From Candidatus Heimdallarchaeota archaeon (GTDB lineage Archaea; Asgardarchaeota; Heimdallarchaeia; Heimdallarchaeales; Heimdallarchaeaceae), in NCBI GenBank assembly GCA_019057815.1, contig JAHLWR010000030.1, forward strand, positions 1 to 38,124: a stretch of DNA of 38,124 nucleotides, read 5' to 3'. Shown here piece after piece: positions 27,139 to 36,964 of the stretch. A model generated the notes under the pieces. The model did no database searches and was not told where the DNA came from. It saw nothing but the letters and a program-made list of their open reading frames with translations. The translations under genes and the position numbers were made by a program. Within the stretch, counting starts at the first letter, position 1, and the number at the start of each line of letters is the position of its first letter.

Positions 27139-27201
27139 ACTTCATTAGAAATAAATGTATTTAAAAACTCTCTGTGAGAAGAATAAATGAAAGTGTAGCA
27201 A

Positions 27202-27933
27202 ATGCTAATCGATACAGAAAAATGCAGAATCAGTGGTTGGAAAATTGATAGGAAACTCTTTTCTGAAGCCTTAACTCATCCGAGCTATTTTCAAATAGAA
27301 CCATCTAAAAAAAATTATGAAAGACTAGAATTTTTAGGTGATTCTATTTTAGACTTACTACTGGCAGAATGGTTATATCAATTTGTTAATGAAAAAGTTG
27401 GGTTGTTGTCTCAGATTCGTTCACTATTGGTTCAAACTGAAACATTATCTAACATTGGATATGAAATTGGTTTAGACATGGTAATGCTGAAAGACACTTA
27501 CTATAGTATTACTCCTACTGATCTCGAAGACGGTGTTGAATCGATATTTGGTGCTGTTTATCTATCAAGAGGATTGGAAAAAGCTAGGATATTATTTCAT
27601 AAAATATTTAAGGAAAGATTGGAAACACTTCTTCTAGACTTAAGCAATGAAGAAGGGAAGCAAAAAATCGCTAATCTTACAGTTTGTGAAAGAAATCCAA
27701 TAAATAGATTGCAAGAAATATGTCAGCAGCAGAAATTTCCTTTACCTGAATACAAACTACAAGAAAAAAAGGGTGCTGATCACGACCCAATTTATTTTAT
27801 TGAATGTAGGGTATCAATAAAAGACTCTGATTTCTCTGCCATTGGTACTGGTCGTAATCTTAAAACAGCAAGAAGAATTGCAGCTAATCTAGTTCTAGAA
27901 CAGTTTAAAACTGTAGAAAAAAAGGATTTGTAG
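27202..27933 (+). CDS. rnc: Ribonuclease III (RNase III domain + dsRBD)
   Basis: ALTHPSY, signature YERLEFLGDSIL, DGVESIFGAVYL; dsRBD NPINRLQEICQ...H.P.YF...G.G.NLKTA...AA. Confidence 0.93.
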   Translation: MLIDTEKCRISGWKIDRKLFSEALTHPSYFQIEPSKKNYERLEFLGDSILDLLLAEWLYQFVNEKVGLLSQIRSLLVQTETLSNIGYEIGLDMVMLKDTYYSITPTDLEDGVESIFGAVYLSRGLEKARILFHKIFKERLETLLLDLSNEEGKQKIANLTVCERNPINRLQEICQQQKFPLPEYKLQEKKGADHDPIYFIECRVSIKDSDFSAIGTGRNLKTARRIAANLVLEQFKTVEKKDL

Positions 27934-27959
27934 ACCCGAACATTTTTTTATCAGCTCAG

Positions 27960-28895
27960 GTGCGTATAATTGTGATAATCGATGGACATATTGACGTAAC
28001 TTTTGCTCTACAAATGCAGAACAGAAAGTTCAGTTCTCGATCAGACATAGGTCATGTAGACTTGCCTAGGATGCGAGAAGGTAATGTTTCAGCTGCTCTA
28101 TTTGCTGTATATCCAGCTAGCAGCAATTTCTCAATTTCCTCAGGAGTTGACGTCTGGTTTAATTTGGTCGAAAACCCTGAAAATGGTTTGATGCAAATAA
28201 TAAACCTTGGTGACTTCGAAAAAGCGCGACAAGATGATAAAATTGGAGCAATATTACATTTTGAAGGTGCTGGAGGATTAGACAGTGAATTTGCTTTGCT
28301 CAGAAACTACCATCGGTTAGGACTAAGAAGTATGGGGCTTTCATGGTCTAACATGAATCAATTTGCAACAGGAGTTGGAACAAGAGAAGAAAGAGGATTA
28401 ACAGCAGAAGGTAAAGCTTTAGTTTCAGAGATGCAAAGTTTAGGAATTTTAGTTGATGTTAGTCATTTAAATGAGAAATCCTTCTGGGATGTAGTTGAGA
28501 TTACAAGCAAACCTATCATTGCTTCTCACAGTAACGCTTACAGCATCTGTAATCATGTCAGAAATCTTAAGGATGAGCAAATACAGGCTATCAGAGATAC
28601 AAATGGTACAATGGGGATTAATTTGTGTACAATGTTTTTAGACCCTCAAAAGAGAGAAGAAAATCATATAACTTTTGAGCTGATCAAGAAACATTTTGAT
28701 CATATAGTAGAAAAAGCAGGGATTAATCACATAAGTTTGGGATCTGACTACGATGGTGCGACTGTTCCCTCTATACTAAAAGATATTAGCTATTACCCTA
28801 AATTAATAGATTTTCTAAGAAATACTTATTCCAGAAAGGATATAGAGAAAATAGCATATCAGAACTTTCTTAGAGTTTTCAAAGCTACTTGGTAA
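27960..28895 (+). CDS. Membrane dipeptidase (peptidase M19)
   Basis: IDGHID, HVDLPRMREG, EG, VDVSHL, IASHSN, RNLKDEQI, LGSDYDG. Confidence 0.93.
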   Translation: MRIIVIIDGHIDVTFALQMQNRKFSSRSDIGHVDLPRMREGNVSAALFAVYPASSNFSISSGVDVWFNLVENPENGLMQIINLGDFEKARQDDKIGAILHFEGAGGLDSEFALLRNYHRLGLRSMGLSWSNMNQFATGVGTREERGLTAEGKALVSEMQSLGILVDVSHLNEKSFWDVVEITSKPIIASHSNAYSICNHVRNLKDEQIQAIRDTNGTMGINLCTMFLDPQKREENHITFELIKKHFDHIVEKAGINHISLGSDYDGATVPSILKDISYYPKLIDFLRNTYSRKDIEKIAYQNFLRVFKATW

Positions 28896-28901
28896 GAAAA
28901 A

Positions 28902-29561
28902 TTAGAACGAAAGGTAAGCGTTCATAATGGCTATGCAGATTTTATTTGCTGTGTTTATTCGAAATCTGAATTCAACTAGAACTTGTGTATCTTTTCCTTT
29001 TTCAACTTTTAAATCAGCTTGATTTGTATTTTGGTATCTGTGTCTATAAAATGGGATAGTGAAACTGCTTGTACCTTGAATTAAGAAAGTCTCATTCTTA
29101 CCGTTTATAGTTATAGTTACATTTCCTTCCAGACTTAGATTCATGTTTGTATAATTACCTGCTCTTACTTTTATTTGATTTAGTATCTGAATTGAATCAT
29201 TGAGATTCATCAGATTTATTTTTATTGGGTCATCTATCATATCTGTATATTTCTGCGAATTTCTTCCTTTAATCTGAATTTGATTAATAATGACCCAAAC
29301 ATCTGAAATATTTTCATCTGGAGGTAAGAATTTTAAAAGCGAACTATTTGCAGTTTCAATAGTTGTATCGCTAGAAACATAGAAGTTTAGCATGCCGTCC
29401 CCATCTGGAAAAAAAATCCCATCAGGATCAGCAAAACCATCAAAATTATTAAAATCGTTGATAATTATATCGAAATCTCTAACAGTAATAAGAGAAGCGA
29501 ATATAGCTCCAGTAACAACAAGACTAAGGATTATAATTGTAATTTTGTTTCTAGCATGCAT
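28902..29561 (-). CDS. Exported/membrane-anchored DUF4382-like protein
   Basis: N-terminal hydrophobic anchor; VWVIINQIQI, INLMNL, AGNYTNMNL, VLVEF pattern. Confidence 0.6.
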   Translation of the reverse strand: MHARNKITIIILSLVVTGAIFASLITVRDFDIIINDFNNFDGFADPDGIFFPDGDGMLNFYVSSDTTIETANSSLLKFLPPDENISDVWVIINQIQIKGRNSQKYTDMIDDPIKINLMNLNDSIQILNQIKVRAGNYTNMNLSLEGNVTITINGKNETFLIQGTSSFTIPFYRHRYQNTNQADLKVEKGKDTQVLVEFRFRINTANKICIAIMNAYLSF

Positions 29562-29647
29562 AAGTTCAACCTTTACCCATATTATCTTACATTTTATTAT
29601 TTATCATATTTCTTATTTAATTATTTAAAGTTCCATTATCCACTTTT

Positions 29648-30466
29648 TTAGATCATTACAATTACCAGATACAGATAATCAATGAATATCAAAGTACAGG
29701 CAATAATTAGTGATTGATATTCTTTACATTTAGATGCTAATCTTATCCCTTGTGCCACAAATAATGTTGACCAGATTTTACAAACTACAAATACAACGTT
29801 GAGCAGTATACTAGCCCAAGCGGGAACTGAAATCGCAGTGAAATATATAATCGAAACAGGAATTATATAGATGAAATATGGAATAATCCCTATGAATACA
29901 CCTATCCAGAGTTCTTTAAACTCAAAATCTTTTTTCAAGATTTTCAGGATTATGAATATTATTAGCAGATAGAGATACCAATGAGCAAATGAAATGATGG
30001 AATTGACTATTGTTCCCCCTGTGAGTATTGTTTCTATAGCACTGAAATGCTTATTTGATACACCAAATATCCATGCAAACACTATGAGGAGAAGATTTAT
30101 TTCTATTAAACTACGAATAGGATCCCCAAATAAATAGTAAAACAATTGGGATAAACCAATTTTTTCAAATATTCTTGTTATTTTACTCTTTTCTTCTGAT
30201 TCAACGATAGGGCTTCCCTTAATTATATTTACTGTTTCTTTTCCTAAAGAACTTAAACGATAAAAGTTCTGTTCATCTTTTTCAAGAAACTCGTTAAGGT
30301 TTTTGATATGATAATATAGACTTCCATCAGTTAAACTTAGCTCATCTTTTAAAGCTGTAAACGAAATAGATCCTTGTTCTGATACAATTTTGAGAATTCC
30401 CTGTCTGATGGGATTAGATAGTGCTTTCATGTGTTCTGTGCTTGTATCCAAGGAACTCATTTCCAT
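29648..30466 (-). CDS. ArsR-type wHTH fused to a multi-TM (Yip1-like) domain
   Basis: ALSNPIRQGIL...SFTALKDEL..TDGSLYYHIKNL...YRLSSLG, followed by 5-6 hydrophobic segments. Confidence 0.8.
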   Translation of the reverse strand: MEMSSLDTSTEHMKALSNPIRQGILKIVSEQGSISFTALKDELSLTDGSLYYHIKNLNEFLEKDEQNFYRLSSLGKETVNIIKGSPIVESEEKSKITRIFEKIGLSQLFYYLFGDPIRSLIEINLLLIVFAWIFGVSNKHFSAIETILTGGTIVNSIISFAHWYLYLLIIFIILKILKKDFEFKELWIGVFIGIIPYFIYIIPVSIIYFTAISVPAWASILLNVVFVVCKIWSTLFVAQGIRLASKCKEYQSLIIACTLIFIDYLYLVIVMI

Positions 30467-30511
30467 ATAGACTAAAATGTTTCCATTTAAAATTTCTTTG
30501 GCTTTACAAAC

Positions 30512-30531
30512 AACTTTAAAAAATTAAAGTT
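30512..30531. promoter_or_regulatory. Perfect 8-4-8 palindrome between divergent genes
   Basis: AACTTTAA-AAAA-TTAAAGTT; a partial copy ttaTTTAA-TTAT-TTAAAGTT lies at 29613-29632. Confidence 0.6.
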
Positions 30532-30597
30532 AAAAACTTAATGTTTTAAATAATCACGTATTAAATGCTGGTTTGGAATATTGTTACAGTGAAAAAA

Positions 30598-31584
30598 ATG
30601 AAAGCAAAACACTTTGCATTTGGAATTGGATTAATCTCCTTAATCTTACTCACAAGTGGAGTAATGGCTGATTCAGACACAGGAATAGAATATGAACACC
30701 AAAATGGTGTATCAATACTTACAATAGATGATGTAGTTATTAAAATTAATACTTTTGGAAATGTTCCAATATTCCACTACAATAAAGCTGCTGGTCTTAA
30801 TTATACAGTTTTATTTAAACAACTAGTAGAATATCAAGATCTTAATGAAGATGGAGTCTTTCAATATAATGAAAGTATAGCTGGTAGCCCTATATTCAGT
30901 TTGATGTCCGTTAAATGGACTTTTTCAGGATTTGAAGTTGAAGAAGAAGCTGGTATAACTACTGCAGTACATTTTAACTTTACTTCATCCCAAATAATGG
31001 GCGTGTTTCAACCTGATTTGAATATCGTTATCACTGCTCATCTTTATCTAGAAGGTCAAGAAATCGATGGATATGAACTAGAAGGTGGGGAACTTAAATT
31101 CGATCTTTACATCAGTGGATGGGATTGGGCTGAAGAGGATAGTTTCTTAGCTGTCAGATTTGATATCACGCCAAGTGAAGGAGCACAGTTCAGAAACACT
31201 CATGGACAACCAGTTGATACAGGCGTTAATACTACAAACTTAGAGAAGAAAGCTCAGCTTGATGAAAATAAGATGAAACAACAATTCAACATTTCTGCTG
31301 CTAATGAAGTAGGATATTTTGGATTTGCTAATCAATCACAAATCAAAACTTTAGCTGAACTTCAATATAAACACTCAAACGTAAATGCTTCTTACTCTTC
31401 CAACGGAGCAGGAACACTACAAGTATTCTTAAGCTTTGAACACTTTGATGAATTGATTTACGATCCTTCTATTGGTTCTTACACAATTGATGACGAAACT
31501 GAAGGAACTCCTCTCTCAACTATAGCTGTAATTGCCCCATTAGTAGCTTTTGCAGTCTTGATGAGAAAGAGAAAGGAAAACTAA
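30598..31584 (+). CDS. Secreted cell-surface protein with a C-terminal sorting signal (CTERM-like)
   Basis: Signal peptide MKAKHFAF...GVMA, acidic beta-rich body with DLNEDG and YDPSIG, ending TP + TM + RKRKEN. The start is probably 30598. Confidence 0.82.
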   Translation: MKAKHFAFGIGLISLILLTSGVMADSDTGIEYEHQNGVSILTIDDVVIKINTFGNVPIFHYNKAAGLNYTVLFKQLVEYQDLNEDGVFQYNESIAGSPIFSLMSVKWTFSGFEVEEEAGITTAVHFNFTSSQIMGVFQPDLNIVITAHLYLEGQEIDGYELEGGELKFDLYISGWDWAEEDSFLAVRFDITPSEGAQFRNTHGQPVDTGVNTTNLEKKAQLDENKMKQQFNISAANEVGYFGFANQSQIKTLAELQYKHSNVNASYSSNGAGTLQVFLSFEHFDELIYDPSIGSYTIDDETEGTPLSTIAVIAPLVAFAVLMRKRKEN

Positions 31585-31676
31585 AAATATTTTTTCTCCT
31601 TTTTTTTTCTTTTTTTTTGTTTAATTCCAAACAAAATATTGATACTATAAGATATTTCTTTTTTTTCTTTTCATCT

Positions 31677-33023
31677 CTAGAACGACTGAGCAGTAAGATC
31701 TTTCTTCGTCTCTTTTTCTTTTCTGATAAATATTTGTAGAACAATAGAAAATCCCAAAGCAATGAAAGCTAAAATAAGTGTTATAGTTAACATCACAAAT
31801 ATTCCAGAGCTTGCTCTATCAGCTGTAAACCCTAATAAAAGCGTAGATAATATTCCACCTATTAGTCCAAGAGCATTATAAATACCATAAGCCGTTGATC
31901 TTCGTTCTTTGGTTGAATGCGAAGTTACTAGACTATAGAGAGGTATTTGATAAATTGGATAAAGTGGTACACTATATAGAATTAGTCCTAGTGTTGAATT
32001 TAATGGGAAAATGCGCAAAAATAGGTAAACAAATACTTGGATTACCATAAAGATTGTAACTATTAATGCATTTGACTTTTTGTTTCTAACCTTACTAAAA
32101 AGAAAGGATAGAACTATACCTATAGTTGTAGTGATTATGAGAAATGTAGAATAGTGTAGAGATGTTACGTTCAGTGTATCAATGAAATAAACAGAGTTAT
32201 AAGACCAGAATCCTGTAGAGCATGCTTGGAATGCTAAAGTTAGAACCATTACAAGAGCGAAAATTAGAGGAAATTCAGTTATTCGTGTTTTTTTAGCAAT
32301 ACCTGCTTTTTTAATAACAATAGATTTTTCTGGTTTCTTACTCTGTATGAACATTGCAATACAAAAAGCTACTATAATGACTACAACTGCAATTAAAAGC
32401 TGAAATAACATATCTGGATTGTTCGCAACTTCAGGTGATACAAACTTTGAAAACAAATCAATTATTCCCTTTACAAAAACATTTTCTGTGTCGTTAATAT
32501 TATCACGAATAAAACCAGCAATTGGACTAACAATCAGCCAACTAATACTCATTACTATAGACATCTTTCCTAGAACTACTTCTTTCCTTTTTTTTATTGA
32601 TAATGTAGCCATCGAATAGATATTAAAGAGATGTGCTGACACTAGAGAATTACCCAAGAGGATAATTATCAAAAACTGAACAGGAGTATTAGCGAATAAC
32701 AAAAGACAAGAGTACATCATTATAGCAGAACCTATTCCTAGTAAGACAAAAATTTTTGTTCCATATTTATCTGCCAGTCTGCCCCAAAAAACGGAGGTTA
32801 AAGCTATCACTGTATTGGGTAAAACTGTTACTAAACCTATCACTAAAAAACTGTCCACTTCGAAAATTTGAGCTAACCAAACAGGGGCATATGGCATATA
32901 TACAGCTGTCGAGATTGAATAGAAGAAGACTACTAATAATATTAGAATCTCATTTCTATCGAAATGTAACCAATCAGATCTTTTAGAATTCACAAGAATA
33001 TCTAAAACAGGTTCATTTCTCAC
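31677..33023 (-). CDS. MFS transporter
   Basis: WGRLADKYGTK motif A, ERRSTAYGIYN, about 12 TM segments. Confidence 0.9.
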   Translation of the reverse strand: MRNEPVLDILVNSKRSDWLHFDRNEILILLVVFFYSISTAVYMPYAPVWLAQIFEVDSFLVIGLVTVLPNTVIALTSVFWGRLADKYGTKIFVLLGIGSAIMMYSCLLLFANTPVQFLIIILLGNSLVSAHLFNIYSMATLSIKKRKEVVLGKMSIVMSISWLIVSPIAGFIRDNINDTENVFVKGIIDLFSKFVSPEVANNPDMLFQLLIAVVVIIVAFCIAMFIQSKKPEKSIVIKKAGIAKKTRITEFPLIFALVMVLTLAFQACSTGFWSYNSVYFIDTLNVTSLHYSTFLIITTTIGIVLSFLFSKVRNKKSNALIVTIFMVIQVFVYLFLRIFPLNSTLGLILYSVPLYPIYQIPLYSLVTSHSTKERRSTAYGIYNALGLIGGILSTLLLGFTADRASSGIFVMLTITLILAFIALGFSIVLQIFIRKEKETKKDLTAQSF

Positions 33024-33141
33024 CTTCTCTAGCCCCTAAAAGAGAAAGAAGCATATAGTTCTTAATCTTTTCTTCTATTCAGATAGCGAAAACTTGATAT
33101 TTACGATTGAAATATGAAGAAATTAGAAGAGAGTTATATCA

Positions 33142-34317
33142 ATGGGTAGCGAAAGTAGAACAACAAGTGTAAAAGAAATTCTCATAGAGATGAAAACTCT
33201 ATCCGAAATATGTGTAGATTTAGCTTTTGCATCACTTATGTATTTTGATAAACTACTAGCAGAGCAAGTTATGGTTATAGAGAAAAAAATTGATAATTTG
33301 CATTCCAGTCTCTTGGACCATCTTTCTCTCTCTATTAAGAATAAGAGTCAAGCTGAACAGCTAAGAATTTATTTTAAAATTGGTGAAGCTACCAACTTAA
33401 TTTCTGATTCTGCAGCTGATATTGCTTCTCTAGTATTGCTTGATTATGAAGTTCAAGATGAGATCAGACATGTTCAAAGGTTTATGGAACAAGTTGTAGA
33501 CCTAGTTCAGCTAAACGAAACTTCTCCTTTATGTGGTGAAACTGAATTATCTTGCGATACTCATGACATGCTTGGAATTGATATAATTGGAATTTTCAAG
33601 CCAGGAGAGATATTTTCAACTGAACATGATGAGTTAATGGAATCTGGCGACATGCTAGTGTTCCGAGGTCCATTAGTGAATGTTAACGAATTTATAAGCT
33701 TAGCAAAAGGAGATATTTCTTCTATCGAGGAAGCACGATACAAGATTATAGAAGAAGGTGATTTTGAACCTGAGGAAACTCTTCACTATCATCAGGATTT
33801 GCTTGTTACTATGAAAGAATCAGCCGAACTACTTGTAGATTTAGCTTACCTTTATGCCTTAGAAGGACCTTCTGGAGTTAAAAAGTTAATTTGGACAACA
33901 GAAGATAAGGTTGACAAATTACAAAATGAACTTACTGAAGAGGTTTTAAGGCTCTTTAAAACAGATTTGATGGATTTGAAAACCTTGATGGCCTATTTGC
34001 GGATGGCTGATTCGTTTGAAGAAATAGCTGATGCAGCAATAAAAATAGCTTTTGGGGTTACGGCTCAACATAAACCATATACGCTACTAGAGGAAGTAGT
34101 CGATGATTCATCTGAAGCAGTAGATTTTTTGATTGTATCTAAAGATTCATCTTATATTGGTAAAACAATTAAAGAAGTTGAATTGACTGATGATTTCTTC
34201 CAGATTCTAGCTATTAAAAAGAAAGGAAGATTTTTCTTCCTTCCTGATGATAAAGTACCTATTCGAGCAGGCGATGGTCTAGTAATCAAAACCTATTCCA
34301 GTCCAGATGAAGAATAA
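33142..34317 (+). CDS. Duplicated PhoU-like + TrkA-C (RCK-C) domain protein
   Basis: Two repeats of L..MK..SE..VDLA...E.KID.L...I.D.A, each followed by an RCK-C-like segment (SSYIGKTIKE...ILAIKK...P...IRAGD). Confidence 0.82.
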   Translation: MGSESRTTSVKEILIEMKTLSEICVDLAFASLMYFDKLLAEQVMVIEKKIDNLHSSLLDHLSLSIKNKSQAEQLRIYFKIGEATNLISDSAADIASLVLLDYEVQDEIRHVQRFMEQVVDLVQLNETSPLCGETELSCDTHDMLGIDIIGIFKPGEIFSTEHDELMESGDMLVFRGPLVNVNEFISLAKGDISSIEEARYKIIEEGDFEPEETLHYHQDLLVTMKESAELLVDLAYLYALEGPSGVKKLIWTTEDKVDKLQNELTEEVLRLFKTDLMDLKTLMAYLRMADSFEEIADAAIKIAFGVTAQHKPYTLLEEVVDDSSEAVDFLIVSKDSSYIGKTIKEVELTDDFFQILAIKKKGRFFFLPDDKVPIRAGDGLVIKTYSSPDEE

Positions 34318-34322
34318 TCTAT

Positions 34323-35159
34323 TTATTGTTTTACTCTTTCTTCCAACCAATCGAGTAAATCAGTTAGTGCTACTTCTCTAATCTCTGGAACTTCATTGTA
34401 GACTTCATGTTTGCTCTCTTTGTAAACTTTGACTGTTTTGTCTTTCGTCCTTATATCATCCACAAGTTCAGAAAAACCTACAACTCCAACATCTTCACCA
34501 CCTTTCTGTAATAGGATTGGAAGGGTTAGTTTACGAATTTCATCCTTAATCTTTTTGTAATAAGTGAAATGAAGTTTACCTATTCGAGCGCTTCCTTTAG
34601 AATTATCTATCATAGGATCTTCAAGATACTTTTTAACTACCTCAGGTTCATTAGAAAGAATGTTGGCGTCATGCCCAGAAGGTAACATCATTTTAGGAAG
34701 TACTTTAGATAGAATTTTCGCGATAAATAGTGTAATTGGATTTACACCCGCTCCAGTGGTTCCTGAGCCTGTAAGTATGATCCCGCTTATTTCTTTCTGA
34801 TAATCTATTGCGTAAATCTGTCCAAGAAAGCTTCCCATACTTAATCCTAGGAAGAATATAGGTAAATTAGGATGGTTTGTCTTTATTATCTTTGTTAATT
34901 CATAACAATCATCTACAAAATCATCAAACGAGTCAATATGTGTTCGTTTTCCTTCACTTTTTCCATGTCCTTGGTGATCATTAATATAAATTGAATAATT
35001 GTGAGGAACTAATTTATCAACTACATTCTTAAAACGTCCAGAATGCTCCCATATTCCATGAGCTATTTGAACAACGGCTTTAGGTTCATTTGGAACCCAA
35101 GATTGATAATATATCTTCAATCCAAATTTGTTTGTGAAAGAGTCTTCCGAATGTTCCAT
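34323..35159 (-). CDS. Alpha/beta hydrolase, lysophospholipase/monoacylglycerol lipase family
   Basis: HGIWEHSGRF, DHQGHGKS, GLSMG nucleophile elbow, GGED, HEVYNE. Confidence 0.92.
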   Translation of the reverse strand: MEHSEDSFTNKFGLKIYYQSWVPNEPKAVVQIAHGIWEHSGRFKNVVDKLVPHNYSIYINDHQGHGKSEGKRTHIDSFDDFVDDCYELTKIIKTNHPNLPIFFLGLSMGSFLGQIYAIDYQKEISGIILTGSGTTGAGVNPITLFIAKILSKVLPKMMLPSGHDANILSNEPEVVKKYLEDPMIDNSKGSARIGKLHFTYYKKIKDEIRKLTLPILLQKGGEDVGVVGFSELVDDIRTKDKTVKVYKESKHEVYNEVPEIREVALTDLLDWLEERVKQ

Positions 35160-35216
35160 GATTTTAAAATAATGGTGTAATAAAAAAATCTTCTGGAATA
35201 AATGTTTTCATTTGGT

Positions 35217-36119
35217 TCAATTTATTCCAATTTTGTTTAGTATAGCCTCTGAGATTTTTACAAGTTCATTTTTCAAATTATTAACCGATTCGTTGCTTGT
35301 TTGATATTCAGGAAGAGATTGCTTCTCTATCATTGCTTTTGTAAAAGCATGATTATAAGGGATTTTTGCGATAACTGGTGCTCGATCTTTGCATAGTTCT
35401 TCTATCTCTTTTGAAATGTTTTCGTTGATATCGCTCTTATTAACCACTACTATTCCTTGAATTCTAAATTGGTCTAAAAGTTCCAATAATCGTTCCAAAT
35501 CGTGTTTCGCAGAGCATGTTGGTTCTGTTACAATTATTGCCAAATCTGTTCCTGTTAAAGAGCTTATTACAGGACATCCTAATCCTGGTGAACCATCTAT
35601 CAGAATAAGTCTTTTCCTTTCTTCTTTAGCAACTTCAAGAGCTGCTTTACGAACTTCAGCGACTAACAATCCTGAATTCTCTTCGCCTGGTGTTAAATTA
35701 GCATGAACTAGTTTACCTATTCTTGTTTTTGAAACATAGTATTTTCCAGAAAGATTTTCTTTCATTGTAATCGCTTTTTCAGGGCAGATATGATAGCACA
35801 ATCCACATCCTTCACATTGAAGGTCATCAACAATCAAATCGTCATCAATAGCAGAAAATCGGCAAGAATCTCTACATAAATTGCATCTAGAACACTTTTC
35901 TTGGTCAATTACAGCTTTTTTCAAACCATAAAAATCTGTACTTTTGGATTCTTGAGGTTCAAAAATCAGATAAAGATCCGCTGCATCAACATCTGCGTCT
36001 GCTAATACTGTGAAATCTTTGAACAAATAAGCTAAAGCGGCAATTATAGATGTTTTTCCAGTACCACCTTTTCCAGAGACGACAGTAATCTGGTATATTC
36101 TTTCATCATTCATGCTCAA
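35217..36119 (-). CDS. MinD-superfamily P-loop ATPase with inserted 2x[4Fe-4S] ferredoxin (COG1149)
   Basis: SGKGGTGKT, DADVDA, CSRCNLCRDSC, CEGCGLCYHICP, DGSPGLGCP, VTEPT. Confidence 0.92.
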   Translation of the reverse strand: MSMNDERIYQITVVSGKGGTGKTSIIAALAYLFKDFTVLADADVDAADLYLIFEPQESKSTDFYGLKKAVIDQEKCSRCNLCRDSCRFSAIDDDLIVDDLQCEGCGLCYHICPEKAITMKENLSGKYYVSKTRIGKLVHANLTPGEENSGLLVAEVRKAALEVAKEERKRLILIDGSPGLGCPVISSLTGTDLAIIVTEPTCSAKHDLERLLELLDQFRIQGIVVVNKSDINENISKEIEELCKDRAPVIAKIPYNHAFTKAMIEKQSLPEYQTSNESVNNLKNELVKISEAILNKIGIN

Positions 36120-36948
36120 TCATCTCTCCTATTTTTTGAATAACGTCCCTAAACTGCTTCTTCCATTTTGGAAAGGATTTGACTAAGGTTTCCCCTTCAG
36201 AATAACGTTTAGCTATCTCAAAATCGAAGGGAATTTTCATTAGAATAGGGATTTCTTCATTTTTGCAATATTGTTCTAGATCATCGTTCCCTATACCATC
36301 CTTATTAATTATCACACCGAATTTTTTCTCCAATATCCTCAGAGTTTTGACTACAGTTTTCATATCCGACAAACCAAAAGGTGTAGGTTCACTTACTATA
36401 ATTACATAGTCAGAACCTGCTACTGTCTCTACCATTGGACATGACGAACCAGGGGGAGCATCGATAATGATAGTAGAATAAGTTTTATCAACATACTCCT
36501 TTAGTGTACTAATTACCATTGTAGTAAGTTCCTCGCCTACTATCAATTCTCCATAATGAAAAAGGAGACCTTCTTTTTTACCTGAATAAATGAAACCAAT
36601 CTCTCTCTCTTTCTCCGTTATGGCTCCTTCAGGACAAATTTCTGTACACAGTCCGCACCCATGACACATCTTTTCATACACAAGAATAGTATCTGGCATC
36701 TTACCTAGAGCGTGAAAAGCACAGTTTTCACTGCATTTTCCACACATTGTACATTTATCTGCATCGATAACAGGAATAGGAACGGTAGATTTTCCAACTT
36801 TTTTATTTTCAAGATTAAAAAACAAGAAGCAATTTGGTTCATCAACATCTGCGTCTAAGATATGTACATTGTCTAATGAAAGGGCAATGCTTGTAGCAAC
36901 AGTTGTTTTTCCCGTCCCACCTTTACCTGAAGTAATAGTAATCTGCGT
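36106..36948 (-). CDS. Second COG1149 ATPase-ferredoxin; extends upstream of the ORF-track start
   Basis: The frame is open 41 codons upstream of 36825 and encodes (T/M)QITITSGKGGTGKTT...DADVDEPN. The first codon is ACG at 36948-36946. Confidence 0.88.
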   Translation of the reverse strand, partial: TQITITSGKGGTGKTTVATSIALSLDNVHILDADVDEPNCFLFFNLENKKVGKSTVPIPVIDADKCTMCGKCSENCAFHALGKMPDTILVYEKMCHGCGLCTEICPEGAITEKEREIGFIYSGKKEGLLFHYGELIVGEELTTMVISTLKEYVDKTYSTIIIDAPPGSSCPMVETVAGSDYVIIVSEPTPFGLSDMKTVVKTLRILEKKFGVIINKDGIGNDDLEQYCKNEEIPILMKIPFDFEIAKRYSEGETLVKSFPKWKKQFRDVIQKIGEMIEHE

Positions 36949-36964
36949 TTACATTCCCCCTGAA

